Assembly: GCA_048887145.1 (NCBI GenBank)
Contig: JBHLKA010000001.1
Location: 212 to 64,211 of the forward strand
Origin: Candidatus Hodarchaeota archaeon
Lineage (GTDB): Archaea; Asgardarchaeota; Lokiarchaeia; Sigyniarchaeales; SOKP01
Length of the DNA: 64,000 nucleotides
Direction of reading: 5' to 3'
Numbering within the stretch: the first letter of the stretch is position 1; each line of letters opens with the position of its first letter. Below are positions 19,152 through 28,752 of the stretch, piece after piece. The position numbers and the translations under genes were made by a program. A model generated the notes under the pieces. It was not told the origin of the DNA. It worked only from the letters and a program-made list of their open reading frames with translations, and searched no databases.

Positions 19152-20168
19152 ATGAGTATGATCAAATATATCTTCAAAAGGATGCTAGCAATGATACCTG
19201 TGTTGTTTGGTGGATTATTACTATCATTTTTTCTTTCTAGAGCTATGCCGGGTGATCCTGTTGGAGTATACCTCCCTCCTAGAGCCACTCCTGAACAATA
19301 TTGGGATGCATATTATTCGCACGGATTTCATCTTCCTCTGTGGCAACAATTCTTTATATACCTTGGGGATATCTTTTCAGGAGATTGGGGTTATTCTATA
19401 ACTGTAGCTAGACATGTACCGGTTTGGGATTTAATTTGGCAGAGATTTCCTAGGACATTAGATATAACTATGTTTTCAATGATTATTGCTTCTTTTCTAG
19501 GAATTAAAACCGGTGTAATTTCTGCAAGGCATCGAAATAAGTGGAGGGATACTGTTTTTAGGGGAACAGCTCTTATAGGTGTATCAATCCCTGTTTTTTG
19601 GTTAGGGCTAATATTGCAGTATTTTATCGGTTATCAACTGGGTTGGTTGCCCGTTTATCACTTTAAAGATGCTGGTTTTGTTGACCCTCCTCAAGTTACG
19701 GGTTTTAGAATAATTGATTCGTTGATATCGGGGCAGTGGTATTTAATAGGGGATTATTTAGTCCACTTGGCAATGCCAGTTTTCTGTTTAGCTTTTATTA
19801 TGCTCGCATCGATTACACGACAAACCCGTTCAAGTATGCTTGAAGTTCTTCAACAAGATTATATAAGAACTGCTCGCGCAAAAGGGTGTAGAGAAAAAGA
19901 TGTAATTAAAAAGCATGCCCGTAAGAATGCACTAATTCCCACTGTGACAATTATTGGATTAAACGTTGGAGGGTTATTAGGCGGAGCGTTTTTAACTGAA
20001 ACAACTTTTAATTTATTTGGAGTTGGTAATCTTTTGTTGGAGGCTATTACGGGTCGTGATTATAGTGTTCTGAATGCAATCGTTGTCACGACAACCCTGA
20101 TTTTTATAGTTGTGAATTTATTTGTAGATTTAATCTATGCTTATTTAGATCCTAGAATAAAATATTAA
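19152..20168 (+). CDS. ABC transporter permease (OppB/DppB type)
   Basis: N-terminal YIFKRMLAMIPVLFGGLLLSFFL..MPGDP, the EAA-loop region DYIRTARAKG, and a C-terminal DPRIKY end. Confidence 0.9.
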   Translation: MSMIKYIFKRMLAMIPVLFGGLLLSFFLSRAMPGDPVGVYLPPRATPEQYWDAYYSHGFHLPLWQQFFIYLGDIFSGDWGYSITVARHVPVWDLIWQRFPRTLDITMFSMIIASFLGIKTGVISARHRNKWRDTVFRGTALIGVSIPVFWLGLILQYFIGYQLGWLPVYHFKDAGFVDPPQVTGFRIIDSLISGQWYLIGDYLVHLAMPVFCLAFIMLASITRQTRSSMLEVLQQDYIRTARAKGCREKDVIKKHARKNALIPTVTIIGLNVGGLLGGAFLTETTFNLFGVGNLLLEAITGRDYSVLNAIVVTTTLIFIVVNLFVDLIYAYLDPRIKY

Positions 20169-20185
20169 AAAAGGTGGAAAAGTAA

Positions 20186-21202
20186 ATGAAACAAGAAGTA
20201 AGTCTTCAAGAATTAAAGGGAGAATTAGAAGGTGAAGAAGAGGAGAGTGCTAGTAGGAGTGTTTTTAAATGGTTCTTCAATAATATTAAGTTTCTTCTTA
20301 TTCCTGCTTCCAGATTAGAGGAACTTACAATTCGAGAACGTGAATATGATAAGACTGTGAGTAAAAGAAGTTTTCTTAAAAGATTAAAATCAGTTTTAAC
20401 TATTTTAGGAATCGTTATAGTTTTGTACGTCGTAACCCTAGCCATATTCGGAGCTTGGATTTCTCCATATACTTTTCAAGAAGCTGATGCTGTGTATAAT
20501 GCCCCTTTATTCTGGGCTGAGCCTTCTCCTGCGCATCCTTTAGGAAATACCTATATGGGGCGTGATGTTTATGCAAGAATGATATATGGGGCCAGAGCTT
20601 CATTAACCATGGCTCTACCAGCAATAGGATTAAGCCTTATTTGTGGTATTTTTTTTGGAATATTAGCTGGTTACGTAGGCGGTTGGCTAGATTCTATAAT
20701 TATGAGGGTTTTTGATATTTTGCTTGCATTTCCAGCGTTAATCTTTGCTATAGTTTTTGTTTCAATCTTTGGAAGATCATTGAGTATTATTATTATGGCA
20801 TATGGTGTTCTTGGGATTCCCTATTATTCACGATTAATTAGAGGAAATGTATTACAAGCAAAAGAATTGCCCTATGTACAAGCAGCAAGGGTATCTGGTG
20901 CTAAAACTTGGAGAATAATGTTTAGACACATCTTACCAAACACTATCCAACCAATTATTATATCAGTTACGTTAGATATTGGTGGAGTTATTCTAAGCTT
21001 TGCAGGTCTTGCGTTTTTGGGATACAGTGATCCAGATTTAATAGAATGGGGTAGAGATATCAGTGATGCCCGTGGTCATATTTTAGACGCACCTTGGGCG
21101 TCTCTTTTCCCAGGGTTGATGATCGTCATTACAGTATTGGGATTCATGCTACTTGGTGATGGTTTAAGAGATGCTCTAGATCCGCGATTGAAGAATTTAT
21201 AA
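20186..21202 (+). CDS. ABC transporter permease (OppC/DppC type)
   Basis: Matches HPLGNTYMGRDVYARMIYGAR, PYVQAARVSGAK and LRDALDPRL. Confidence 0.9.
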   Translation: MKQEVSLQELKGELEGEEEESASRSVFKWFFNNIKFLLIPASRLEELTIREREYDKTVSKRSFLKRLKSVLTILGIVIVLYVVTLAIFGAWISPYTFQEADAVYNAPLFWAEPSPAHPLGNTYMGRDVYARMIYGARASLTMALPAIGLSLICGIFFGILAGYVGGWLDSIIMRVFDILLAFPALIFAIVFVSIFGRSLSIIIMAYGVLGIPYYSRLIRGNVLQAKELPYVQAARVSGAKTWRIMFRHILPNTIQPIIISVTLDIGGVILSFAGLAFLGYSDPDLIEWGRDISDARGHILDAPWASLFPGLMIVITVLGFMLLGDGLRDALDPRLKNL

Positions 21203-21247
21203 AATTTCTTTTATTAATAATTTGATTAAGACAGATGATTAAGAAAA

Positions 21248-22495
21248 ATGGAAAAAGTAGAAGAAAGGCAAGAATTTAAAGAAGATATATCATCAATAAA
21301 AAGAGACATTAAGAAATTACTTGAGGTTACAAATTTAAAAACCTACTTTTATACTGAAGAAGGTGTAGTAAAAGCTGTAGATGGTGTTTCTTTTGACATG
21401 TATGAGGATGAAGTCCTTGGGCTTGTTGGTGAAACTGGTTGTGGAAAATCGGTTACGGCACTCTCTATTATCGGCCTTGTAAGGGAACCAGGAAAGATTA
21501 TAGATGGATCTATAAAACTTAAAGGCGAAAACCTACTGGATTTAGAAGAAAGAAGAATGAGGGATCATAGAGGTAAAGATATAACTATGATCTTCCAAGA
21601 TCCTCTAAATTCACTAAATCCAGTTATGACAGCTGGATTTCAAATTGGAGAAGTCTTTTTACTTCATCAAGAAAATGAACTTAGAAGAATGCTAGATGAA
21701 AAAATTCTGGAAAGGAAACAAAAAATTGAAGAAGTTAAAGAACTAAATGCAAAATTAAAGGATACAGAACTATCAATAGAAGAAAAAGAAGATATCAAAA
21801 TTAGAATTGAAGAAACCAAAAAAAAAGTACCAAAAATACCATATCTAAAAGATATCTTAAATGATAAAGTAGAAAAAATCATTAAAGAAGTGGGTATTGC
21901 GGATGCGAAAGGAATATTAAAAAGATATCCCCATGAACTTAGCGGTGGTATGAGACAACGTATTATGATTGCTATGGCGCTCTCTTGCGAACCGTTATTA
22001 TTAATTGCTGATGAACCAACAACTGCTTTAGATGTTACCATTCAAGCTCAAATTTTAGATTTAATGAAGGAATTAAAAGATAAATTTAGAACGTCAATAC
22101 TGATGATTACTCATGACTTAGGAATCATTGCCGATACATGTGATAGAGTGGCAGTGATGTATAGCGGAAATATAGTTGAGTATGCTACAGCAGAACGCTT
22201 ATTTAAAAATCCCCGACACCCATATACACAAGGATTAATCGGAGCAATTCCTAGTATTGAAAAAAAAGACCAAAAGTTAAAGGTTATTCGTGGTATGGTC
22301 CCTAATCTAATATATCCTCCATCAGGTTGTAGATTTCATCCTAGATGTGATCATAGAATGGAAATATGTGATAAAGTAAAACCAAAACTGAATGAAATTG
22401 GAGAAAGATATTTCGTGGCATGTCATCTTTTTGATCCAAAATATAAGGATTCACCTAAATATGATGAGAGTAAAGAAAAGATTGAAATTCCATAA
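21248..22495 (+). CDS. ABC transporter ATP-binding protein (OppD/DppD type) with a coiled-coil insertion
   Basis: Walker A GETGCGKS, Q-loop MIFQDP, signature LSGGMRQR, Walker B LLIADEPTTALD, and a C-terminal oligopeptide-transporter Cys motif (CRFHPRC). Confidence 0.9.
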   Translation: MEKVEERQEFKEDISSIKRDIKKLLEVTNLKTYFYTEEGVVKAVDGVSFDMYEDEVLGLVGETGCGKSVTALSIIGLVREPGKIIDGSIKLKGENLLDLEERRMRDHRGKDITMIFQDPLNSLNPVMTAGFQIGEVFLLHQENELRRMLDEKILERKQKIEEVKELNAKLKDTELSIEEKEDIKIRIEETKKKVPKIPYLKDILNDKVEKIIKEVGIADAKGILKRYPHELSGGMRQRIMIAMALSCEPLLLIADEPTTALDVTIQAQILDLMKELKDKFRTSILMITHDLGIIADTCDRVAVMYSGNIVEYATAERLFKNPRHPYTQGLIGAIPSIEKKDQKLKVIRGMVPNLIYPPSGCRFHPRCDHRMEICDKVKPKLNEIGERYFVACHLFDPKYKDSPKYDESKEKIEIP

Positions 22496-22542
22496 AAAAT
22501 AATTTTAAAATATAAATTAATTATAGGGTTGGAAAAATTAAT

Positions 22543-23679
22543 ATGACTGTAGTTGAGGAGAAAATAGAGGATTCCACAAACGGCAGAAAGGTCATCTTAG
22601 CAGCCAGAAATCTTAAAACTTATTACCCTGTTTATGGTGGGCTTTTTAAAAGAAGAATTGCAGATGTGAAAGCGGTTGATGGAGTCTCATTTAATCTTTA
22701 TGAAGGAGAGACTTTAGGTATAGTTGGAGAAAGTGGATGTGGCAAAACTACAATAGGGAATACCATTTTAAACCTAGTAAAGCCTACAGCCGGTGAGATA
22801 ATTTATCGAGGAAAAAAATTAGTCCTTTCTAAGAAATTACATAAAAAGCAAATTAAAGGAAAACAAACAGATATAAAACAAACTAAAGAAGAAAAAAGAA
22901 GACTTAAGGCTATACCATACTCAACAGAAACTCGTAAGAAAATTCAAATGGTATTCCAAGATCCGGACTCATCTTTGAATCCTCGCTGGAAAATTGTAAA
23001 TATTATTGGTGAACCACTTAGAATATTAGAAGGAATGAAAAAAAGGAGTAGAATTCGCGCAAGAGTTCTTGAATTATTAGAAACAGTTTCAATGAAAGCA
23101 GAACATCTAGATCGATTTCCCCATGAATTTTCAGGAGGTCAAAAACAAAGAATAGTCATTGCTAGAGCTCTTGCCTGTAATCCTGATATAATGATTTTGG
23201 ATGAACCAACCTCTGCCTTAGACGTATCAGTTCAAGCACAAATATTAAACCTTTTAAGAGACCTTCAATCTCAATTCGATTTATCTTATATGTTTATTAC
23301 TCATGATTTAAGTGTAGTGCATCATATAGCTGATAGAATTGCCGTTATGTATTTAGGTAAATTTGTTGAGACAGGTCCTATAGAGAAAGTTTTCTATCAT
23401 CCTCTACATCCATATACCAAAGCTTTATTATCAGCACGCCCAACTTTTGATCCTACTTCAAGAATAACTAGAATAATCTTAAAAGGTGATGTACCAAGTC
23501 CTATTAACCCTCCTGAGGGATGTGCCTTTAATCCTAGATGTTATGAGAAAGGTAAGCATATAGGATGCGGAAAAGAGGATCCTGTAAGAATTGAAATGGG
23601 TAAAGATCATTATATCTGGTGCAGACCTTTTGTAAAAGAAGAAAAATCTTATGAAGGAATGGAATATATATCTGATTAA
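22543..23679 (+). CDS. ABC transporter ATP-binding protein (OppF/DppF type)
   Basis: Walker A GESGCGKT, MVFQDP, FSGGQKQR, MILDEPTSALD, and C-terminal CAFNPRC. Confidence 0.9.
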   Translation: MTVVEEKIEDSTNGRKVILAARNLKTYYPVYGGLFKRRIADVKAVDGVSFNLYEGETLGIVGESGCGKTTIGNTILNLVKPTAGEIIYRGKKLVLSKKLHKKQIKGKQTDIKQTKEEKRRLKAIPYSTETRKKIQMVFQDPDSSLNPRWKIVNIIGEPLRILEGMKKRSRIRARVLELLETVSMKAEHLDRFPHEFSGGQKQRIVIARALACNPDIMILDEPTSALDVSVQAQILNLLRDLQSQFDLSYMFITHDLSVVHHIADRIAVMYLGKFVETGPIEKVFYHPLHPYTKALLSARPTFDPTSRITRIILKGDVPSPINPPEGCAFNPRCYEKGKHIGCGKEDPVRIEMGKDHYIWCRPFVKEEKSYEGMEYISD

Positions 23680-23680
23680 A

Positions 23681-23720
23681 TTTTTTTAATTTTTATACTA
23701 TTTTTTTTGATTTTTGTTTT
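23681..23720 (+). terminator. T-rich tract after the last opp gene (terminator candidate)
   Basis: Runs of T7, T5, T8 and T5 occur within 45 nt after the stop at 23677-23679. Confidence 0.3.
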
Positions 23721-23794
23721 CGCATCTATAAAACGTTTTTAAATCAATTTTATTTTCAATAAAGAAGTTAAACAATCAAATATTAGAATTAAAA

Positions 23795-24967
23795 ATGAAA
23801 AGAAATAAATCTCAAGTTTTTGTAATTAGGACCTCTCCAAAGTCAATTTATGAAGATTATAAGAGATTGATGCATCTTACAGAATATCAAAATTATTATT
23901 CTAAACGAAAGAAAATCATCATCAAGCTTAATTTAAGTTGGTCTAAATTTTTTCCCGCATGTTCAAGTCCTCCTTGGCAAGTAGAGGGTGTTTTGAAAAC
24001 TATGATTGAGGATGGTTATGATCCTAAAAAATTATTTACAGCTGAAAATAGAACTGTAGTTACAAACATTGAAAAAGGTTTAAAAGGAAATTGTTGGTGG
24101 CCAATCATAAGGAAATATAAAGTATGGTTTATACCCTTAACGCGTATTCCTTTTGTCCCTTATAAGTCTCTGAGACCAAAATTCTTGAATTTAAAAAATC
24201 AGAAGTTTTTAGCTTTAGATTCCAAAATATTTCCTGAAGGATTTAAAATACCTAAATTTTATTTTGGGAAATCTATTATTCATCTTCCTACGATGAAAAC
24301 ACATGGACATACTGGTGCTGAAGGTGGATCATTAGAGTATACTAAAAGTGAAATGAAACATGGGGGAATTACTTGTGCTATGAAAAATGCATTTGGTGGA
24401 TTACTAACAAAAAGAAGGCACTTTTCTCACCAATATATGAGTGAAGTACTTGTTGATTTACTTATAATTCAAAAGCAAATACACCCAAACATTATGTCTA
24501 TAGTTGATGGTACTGTTTGCGGAGATGGAGCAGGACCAAGGACTATGATACCAAAAATCAAGAACATTATTCTCGCTGGATATGATCAAGTAGCTATAGA
24601 TGCAGTAGTTTCGAAAATGATGGGTTTTGAACCATTAAAATTGCCTGCTATAAAGTTATCTCATGAAATGGGATTAGGATGTGGCGATTTCGATCAAATT
24701 GAGTTAATTGGTGAGGATGTTTCAAATATCAATTGGAATTTTAAAGTGAAGAGGAGCTTAGTGATCTGGGGTGATCAGATGGTTAGAAAAGGGCCGCTAC
24801 AATTTATATACCCTTTATTTAAGAGTGATCTTTTTTTTATGGCACCAATCATGGCATCTCTGATATATCATGATATGTTCTGGTATCCAACTATAGGAAA
24901 ACGTAGGATTAAAAAATTTATGCAAACAGAATGGGGAAAATTATTTAGGAGTTATCAATCTATTTAA
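23795..24967 (+). CDS. DUF362 domain protein
   Basis: Matches IIIKLNLSW, LPTMKTHGHTG, IVDGTVCGDGAGP and ILAGYDQVAIDAVVSKMMGFEP, as I remember the DUF362 pattern. Confidence 0.6.
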   Translation: MKRNKSQVFVIRTSPKSIYEDYKRLMHLTEYQNYYSKRKKIIIKLNLSWSKFFPACSSPPWQVEGVLKTMIEDGYDPKKLFTAENRTVVTNIEKGLKGNCWWPIIRKYKVWFIPLTRIPFVPYKSLRPKFLNLKNQKFLALDSKIFPEGFKIPKFYFGKSIIHLPTMKTHGHTGAEGGSLEYTKSEMKHGGITCAMKNAFGGLLTKRRHFSHQYMSEVLVDLLIIQKQIHPNIMSIVDGTVCGDGAGPRTMIPKIKNIILAGYDQVAIDAVVSKMMGFEPLKLPAIKLSHEMGLGCGDFDQIELIGEDVSNINWNFKVKRSLVIWGDQMVRKGPLQFIYPLFKSDLFFMAPIMASLIYHDMFWYPTIGKRRIKKFMQTEWGKLFRSYQSI

Positions 24968-25760
24968 GCTCTCTGATATTCATATTATCGATAACTTCTT
25001 CAAGTTCTTTAAATATATTGAATTGCGTCCTTTCTTTATCTATTCTAAAATGAACTAAAAACTCTATTGAGCCCCCCTTACCTAAAATTGGAGATTGGGT
25101 TATCCCATAAGGAAAAAATCCATTTTCAGAACTCCAGCATAAAAAATCATGTAAAATTTTTTTAAGCCTCTGTAAATTTGTGATTATTTTAAAAAATTTT
25201 TTCTCATAAAAATTTGTTTCAAAAAGTGGTTTAACTAAAACGATAATATCTCCATTTCTTTTTAAATAATTCTTAACATTGGGAAGGATTGTTTTTAATG
25301 AAGCAAACGTAATATCTATAGTTACTAACTCAATTTTTTCATCCAATTCAATTAATGATCGCGCATCAACTCCTAACAACTTGATAATTCTATTATATTT
25401 ACTTGTTAATGATGGATGAAGAATATTTTTTGCTGTATCTATAGCATAGACTTTTAATGCTCTATTTTTTAGGAGACAATCGGTAAATCCCCCAATAGAA
25501 GCTCCAATATCAGCGCATACCTTATTTTCCACTTTTATGGCAAATTTATTTAGTGCTGCTTTTAACTTTAAGCCACCACGCCCTACATAGGGAAATTCTT
25601 TTTTCAACGTAATATTAGCGTTATTATCTACCTTTTTTCCTGGTTTCTTTAATAAAACTCCATTTACTAATACAAAACCACTTTTTATTAACCACTGGGC
25701 TTTTACTCTACTCTCTACTAATCGGCTTTCAACTAAAATTATATCAATACGCTCTTTCAT
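24960..25760 (-). CDS. tlyA: TlyA-family rRNA 2'-O-methyltransferase (S4 domain + FtsJ-like MTase)
   Basis: Matches RIDIILVESRLVESRVKAQWLIKSGFVLVNG and VGRGGLKLKAALNKF....K.CADIGASIGGFTDCLL. It overlaps the convergent DUF362 gene by 8 nt. Confidence 0.8.
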   Translation of the reverse strand: MKERIDIILVESRLVESRVKAQWLIKSGFVLVNGVLLKKPGKKVDNNANITLKKEFPYVGRGGLKLKAALNKFAIKVENKVCADIGASIGGFTDCLLKNRALKVYAIDTAKNILHPSLTSKYNRIIKLLGVDARSLIELDEKIELVTIDITFASLKTILPNVKNYLKRNGDIIVLVKPLFETNFYEKKFFKIITNLQRLKKILHDFLCWSSENGFFPYGITQSPILGKGGSIEFLVHFRIDKERTQFNIFKELEEVIDNMNIRELK

Positions 25761-25826
25761 AAAACAATTTCATTGATATCGAGATCTTAAATTTTAAGAT
25801 TATCCCTTGTTTTTTAAGGTTTTTAG

Positions 25827-26912
25827 TTAATTTAATTTAATTCGCTCTGCTAATGCTCTACTTAATCTTCCAATCTGTATCTTTATTGAAAAATGTGGGC
25901 CGAATTTAATATGGATAATTCTCAGTAAAATCCCAAGTAAAAAGAGAGTGATTGAAATGTACATTAAGAGATATATATGTTGTAAACTGTTTTGAAAAAT
26001 AAAAAATAATACATTATGAAGTAGATAAATAGAAAGGGAATAATATGAGAAATAATAAAGAAATTTGTAATTTTTCTTAAAATGAAATACTTCTATTTCC
26101 TCAATAAAAATCAGAGAAGATATTAAAATCAGTTGGATACCTAATGAATAAACCAACCAAGAAAATGTCCGATGATGTAAGAAATTAGGAAATCGAAAGA
26201 ATACCCCAAAAATTATCAAAATTATACCAAATATTAATCCTGGAATCAATAATTTCTTCTTTAGGATGAACTTTCTCTCTTTCTGATCCTCTATTAAATA
26301 AATTTCAAAAATTATCTCTCCAACAACTGTTCCAATTATAAAAAATGTGAAGAATGATAAAATAGGATCTAGTCCTAATCTATTATATAGGAGATGATTA
26401 AGGATGCCAAGAAAATTCATTTGTCCACTAAAATTTGATAAACAATTCATTAAAAATAAATTAATTACCCATAAAAATAAACCTAAATATATTCTGAAGA
26501 GTTTACTGGTTTTCAATAAGGGCCAACCTAAAAATAATGACACAGAAACTGTTTGTAAAATAAACCAAGTCCAAATATCTGCTGGATTATTCAATTTTAT
26601 AGATATAATAGCATTATATATCAAGGCAATTATAAATATAATGGATGTACGGAGCAAATACGCTCTCCTATACAACTTTATATTACTAAATTTATTTATT
26701 TCTATCTCCTGAATATTTTTCTTATATGACAACGCAGTGCTTACTCCAGCAATAAATAAAAAGGCTCCTGAACCTAATGGGTCTCCTATTGAACGAAGTG
26801 TATTGAAAAACCAAATTTCCTCATTTAATATCCACCACTCAGTCAAATGGCCAATTATCATCCAAACAATGCTTATACCCCGAAGAGTGTCAATCGTTTT
26901 AAATCTCTTCAT
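25827..26912 (-). CDS. Polytopic membrane protein, DUF1624/HGSNAT-like acyltransferase family
   Basis: The N-terminal RFKTIDTLRGISIVWMIIGHL motif is followed by about 10 TM segments. Confidence 0.5.
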   Translation of the reverse strand: MKRFKTIDTLRGISIVWMIIGHLTEWWILNEEIWFFNTLRSIGDPLGSGAFLFIAGVSTALSYKKNIQEIEINKFSNIKLYRRAYLLRTSIIFIIALIYNAIISIKLNNPADIWTWFILQTVSVSLFLGWPLLKTSKLFRIYLGLFLWVINLFLMNCLSNFSGQMNFLGILNHLLYNRLGLDPILSFFTFFIIGTVVGEIIFEIYLIEDQKERKFILKKKLLIPGLIFGIILIIFGVFFRFPNFLHHRTFSWLVYSLGIQLILISSLIFIEEIEVFHFKKNYKFLYYFSYYSLSIYLLHNVLFFIFQNSLQHIYLLMYISITLFLLGILLRIIHIKFGPHFSIKIQIGRLSRALAERIKLN

Positions 26913-27003
26913 TCCAAAACTGATTAATTAGTATAAATTCTAACAAATAAATGGTAACTAAATCTTATCCTAAAGTTTACAAATACAAATAAAAACTTAT
27001 TAA

Positions 27004-27885
27004 TTAATTTTTGTTTTTCGAAAGATAAGAAGAATGTTCTTTAATAATCTTAATTGATTCCATTAAGGATAATTCTCCATTTAGTACTCTTTTTGCTATT
27101 ATTTCTAATGAAAGGCTATTATTCTTTTCAAATTTAAGATCCTTCCATCTCTCAATCTTTAATCTTTTTGTCTTAATGTGATTAAAAAAATTTTCATAAT
27201 TAACGAGATTTACTTCTACACCTTCTCTCAAAGATATAATCAATGCGGCTATCTCATCTTTAGTGAATTTTGTAGTTCTTTTATTGCCTATTTTCATTTT
27301 TGACGATTTATATTCGTCAATTAAAAAAATTCTTATAAATTTTCTGTTTTTATAATTACTGAATATAAGTTTCACTAAATTATAAGTTACTGAAATAACA
27401 CCTATCCCAAATTTGAAGTTTAACTGTAAATTTTCATTTTTATCCACAAAATATGGGATATATTCTTCTAAAATATCTATAAGGGCGACTTCTTTAAAAC
27501 AGCAATAAGAATCTAAAAAATAATCATCTAGAAAAATCATTAAACCTATTTTTTCACCAGGATCAATTGAAAATGTAAGAGAGGAATAAATTTCTTTATA
27601 TCCAACTCTATAAGAAGATAACACTTCTAAAAGATAATTTTCAAATTTTTGAGTATCTGAATAAGCTAAAATTATAGATTTACAATTTACTCTTTCTACT
27701 CTATTAAGCTCTTTGCATGTAGTAAGGACTAATGAGGGAGTGTTTGGTAACTTCCTTCCGATATTCAAAATTTTAAATTGGATTTTTTTCTCTTTTAATG
27801 CCTTATTTAATCTAAAAAAAAAATTCAAATTTTCTGTGAATATATATAAGGGTAATTTTCTCAAATTAATTATATAAATTAACAA
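27004..27885 (-). CDS. Hypothetical protein with a possible RuvC/YqgF-like RNase H-fold nuclease core
   Basis: LTFSIDPGEKIGLMIFLDD resembles the first acidic strand of RuvC/YqgF-like nucleases (IDPG.K.G). A later IFLIDEYKSSK resembles the V(D/E)E.YTS motif. This is weak, motif-level evidence only. Confidence 0.3.
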   Translation of the reverse strand: MLIYIINLRKLPLYIFTENLNFFFRLNKALKEKKIQFKILNIGRKLPNTPSLVLTTCKELNRVERVNCKSIILAYSDTQKFENYLLEVLSSYRVGYKEIYSSLTFSIDPGEKIGLMIFLDDYFLDSYCCFKEVALIDILEEYIPYFVDKNENLQLNFKFGIGVISVTYNLVKLIFSNYKNRKFIRIFLIDEYKSSKMKIGNKRTTKFTKDEIAALIISLREGVEVNLVNYENFFNHIKTKRLKIERWKDLKFEKNNSLSLEIIAKRVLNGELSLMESIKIIKEHSSYLSKNKN

Positions 27886-27906
27886 TTGATTTAATAATTT
27901 ATAATA

Positions 27907-28599
27907 ATGGATTCCTTAATAAAACCCTTCAACGAGTTATTTAATCTTATTTTTCCTATTAAGGGAATTCTTTCTGTTTGGGGTGATTTTGGAGTTGGAA
28001 AAACAACATTTTCACTACAAAAAGCTATAAATTATGCATCAGGTAAAAATAAAATAATTTATATTTATACAAAACCTAATACTCCTTTTGAGAAAATAAA
28101 TAATTTTGCCCAAAAATCCGTAAGAAATGCATTAGATAACATAATTTTTATTAAATCTTTAAATTTTGAAGATCTATATTCTTTAGTTTTCAATTTAGAA
28201 TTTATAGTGCTAGATGCTTATAAAAAACCTTATAACAGTATAGAATTAATAATTATCGATTCTATAACTGATTTATACCGATTGGAGCTCAATAGAGAAA
28301 GCAAAGAGAAAAATTTTCTATTAAATTACAAATTAAATCAGATTTTAGCCAATTTATTTTATTTAAATAAGAAATACAGCATCAATATTATAGTAGTAAA
28401 TACTCAAACTAATATTAATCAAAATGGGCATTTAATTGAAGTTCAAAGTGGTGGTAAGGTTATGGATTATTGGATTGACAGTTCACTCAAAATTTTACGA
28501 ACAAACAAATTAAACTGCCGGAGATTTGTTTTTACGAAAAAAGATAATAAAAAAACAATTGAATCTTTGTCAATTCTCACCCAAAATGGATTTATTTAA
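27907..28599 (+). CDS. RecA-superfamily ATPase, RadB-like paralogue
   Basis: 230 aa. Walker A is WGDFGVGKTTFSL and Walker B is LIIIDSITDLYRLE. The size and lack of an N-terminal HhH domain fit RadB. Confidence 0.6.
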   Translation: MDSLIKPFNELFNLIFPIKGILSVWGDFGVGKTTFSLQKAINYASGKNKIIYIYTKPNTPFEKINNFAQKSVRNALDNIIFIKSLNFEDLYSLVFNLEFIVLDAYKKPYNSIELIIIDSITDLYRLELNRESKEKNFLLNYKLNQILANLFYLNKKYSINIIVVNTQTNINQNGHLIEVQSGGKVMDYWIDSSLKILRTNKLNCRRFVFTKKDNKKTIESLSILTQNGFI

Positions 28600-28752
28600 A
28601 CTATAAAATAATTCACAATAGGATAAGGGGTTTTAAAAAAATTTTTAGCTATTTTTTTGCATTAACATGCATGTATAAAGAATTATCTATAATTTTTCAT
28701 TATTACAATTGAAGTATTTAAAAAAAATTTCAAGAAATTAAATATTATACTT

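Noticed and set aside
24960-24967. An 8-nt convergent overlap between the DUF362 gene end and the tlyA gene end.
   Set aside because: Such small 3'-3' overlaps are common in compact genomes, and there is no evidence of functional significance.
27907-28599. A P-loop protein of about 230 aa, considered as the missing O-phosphoseryl-tRNA(Sec) kinase (PSTK).
   Set aside because: The Walker B context (LIIIDSITDLYRLE) and overall layout are RecA/RadB-like, not the PSTK/T4-PNK-like kinase pattern (GLPGVGKST...D at the N-terminus followed by a tRNA-binding C-domain).
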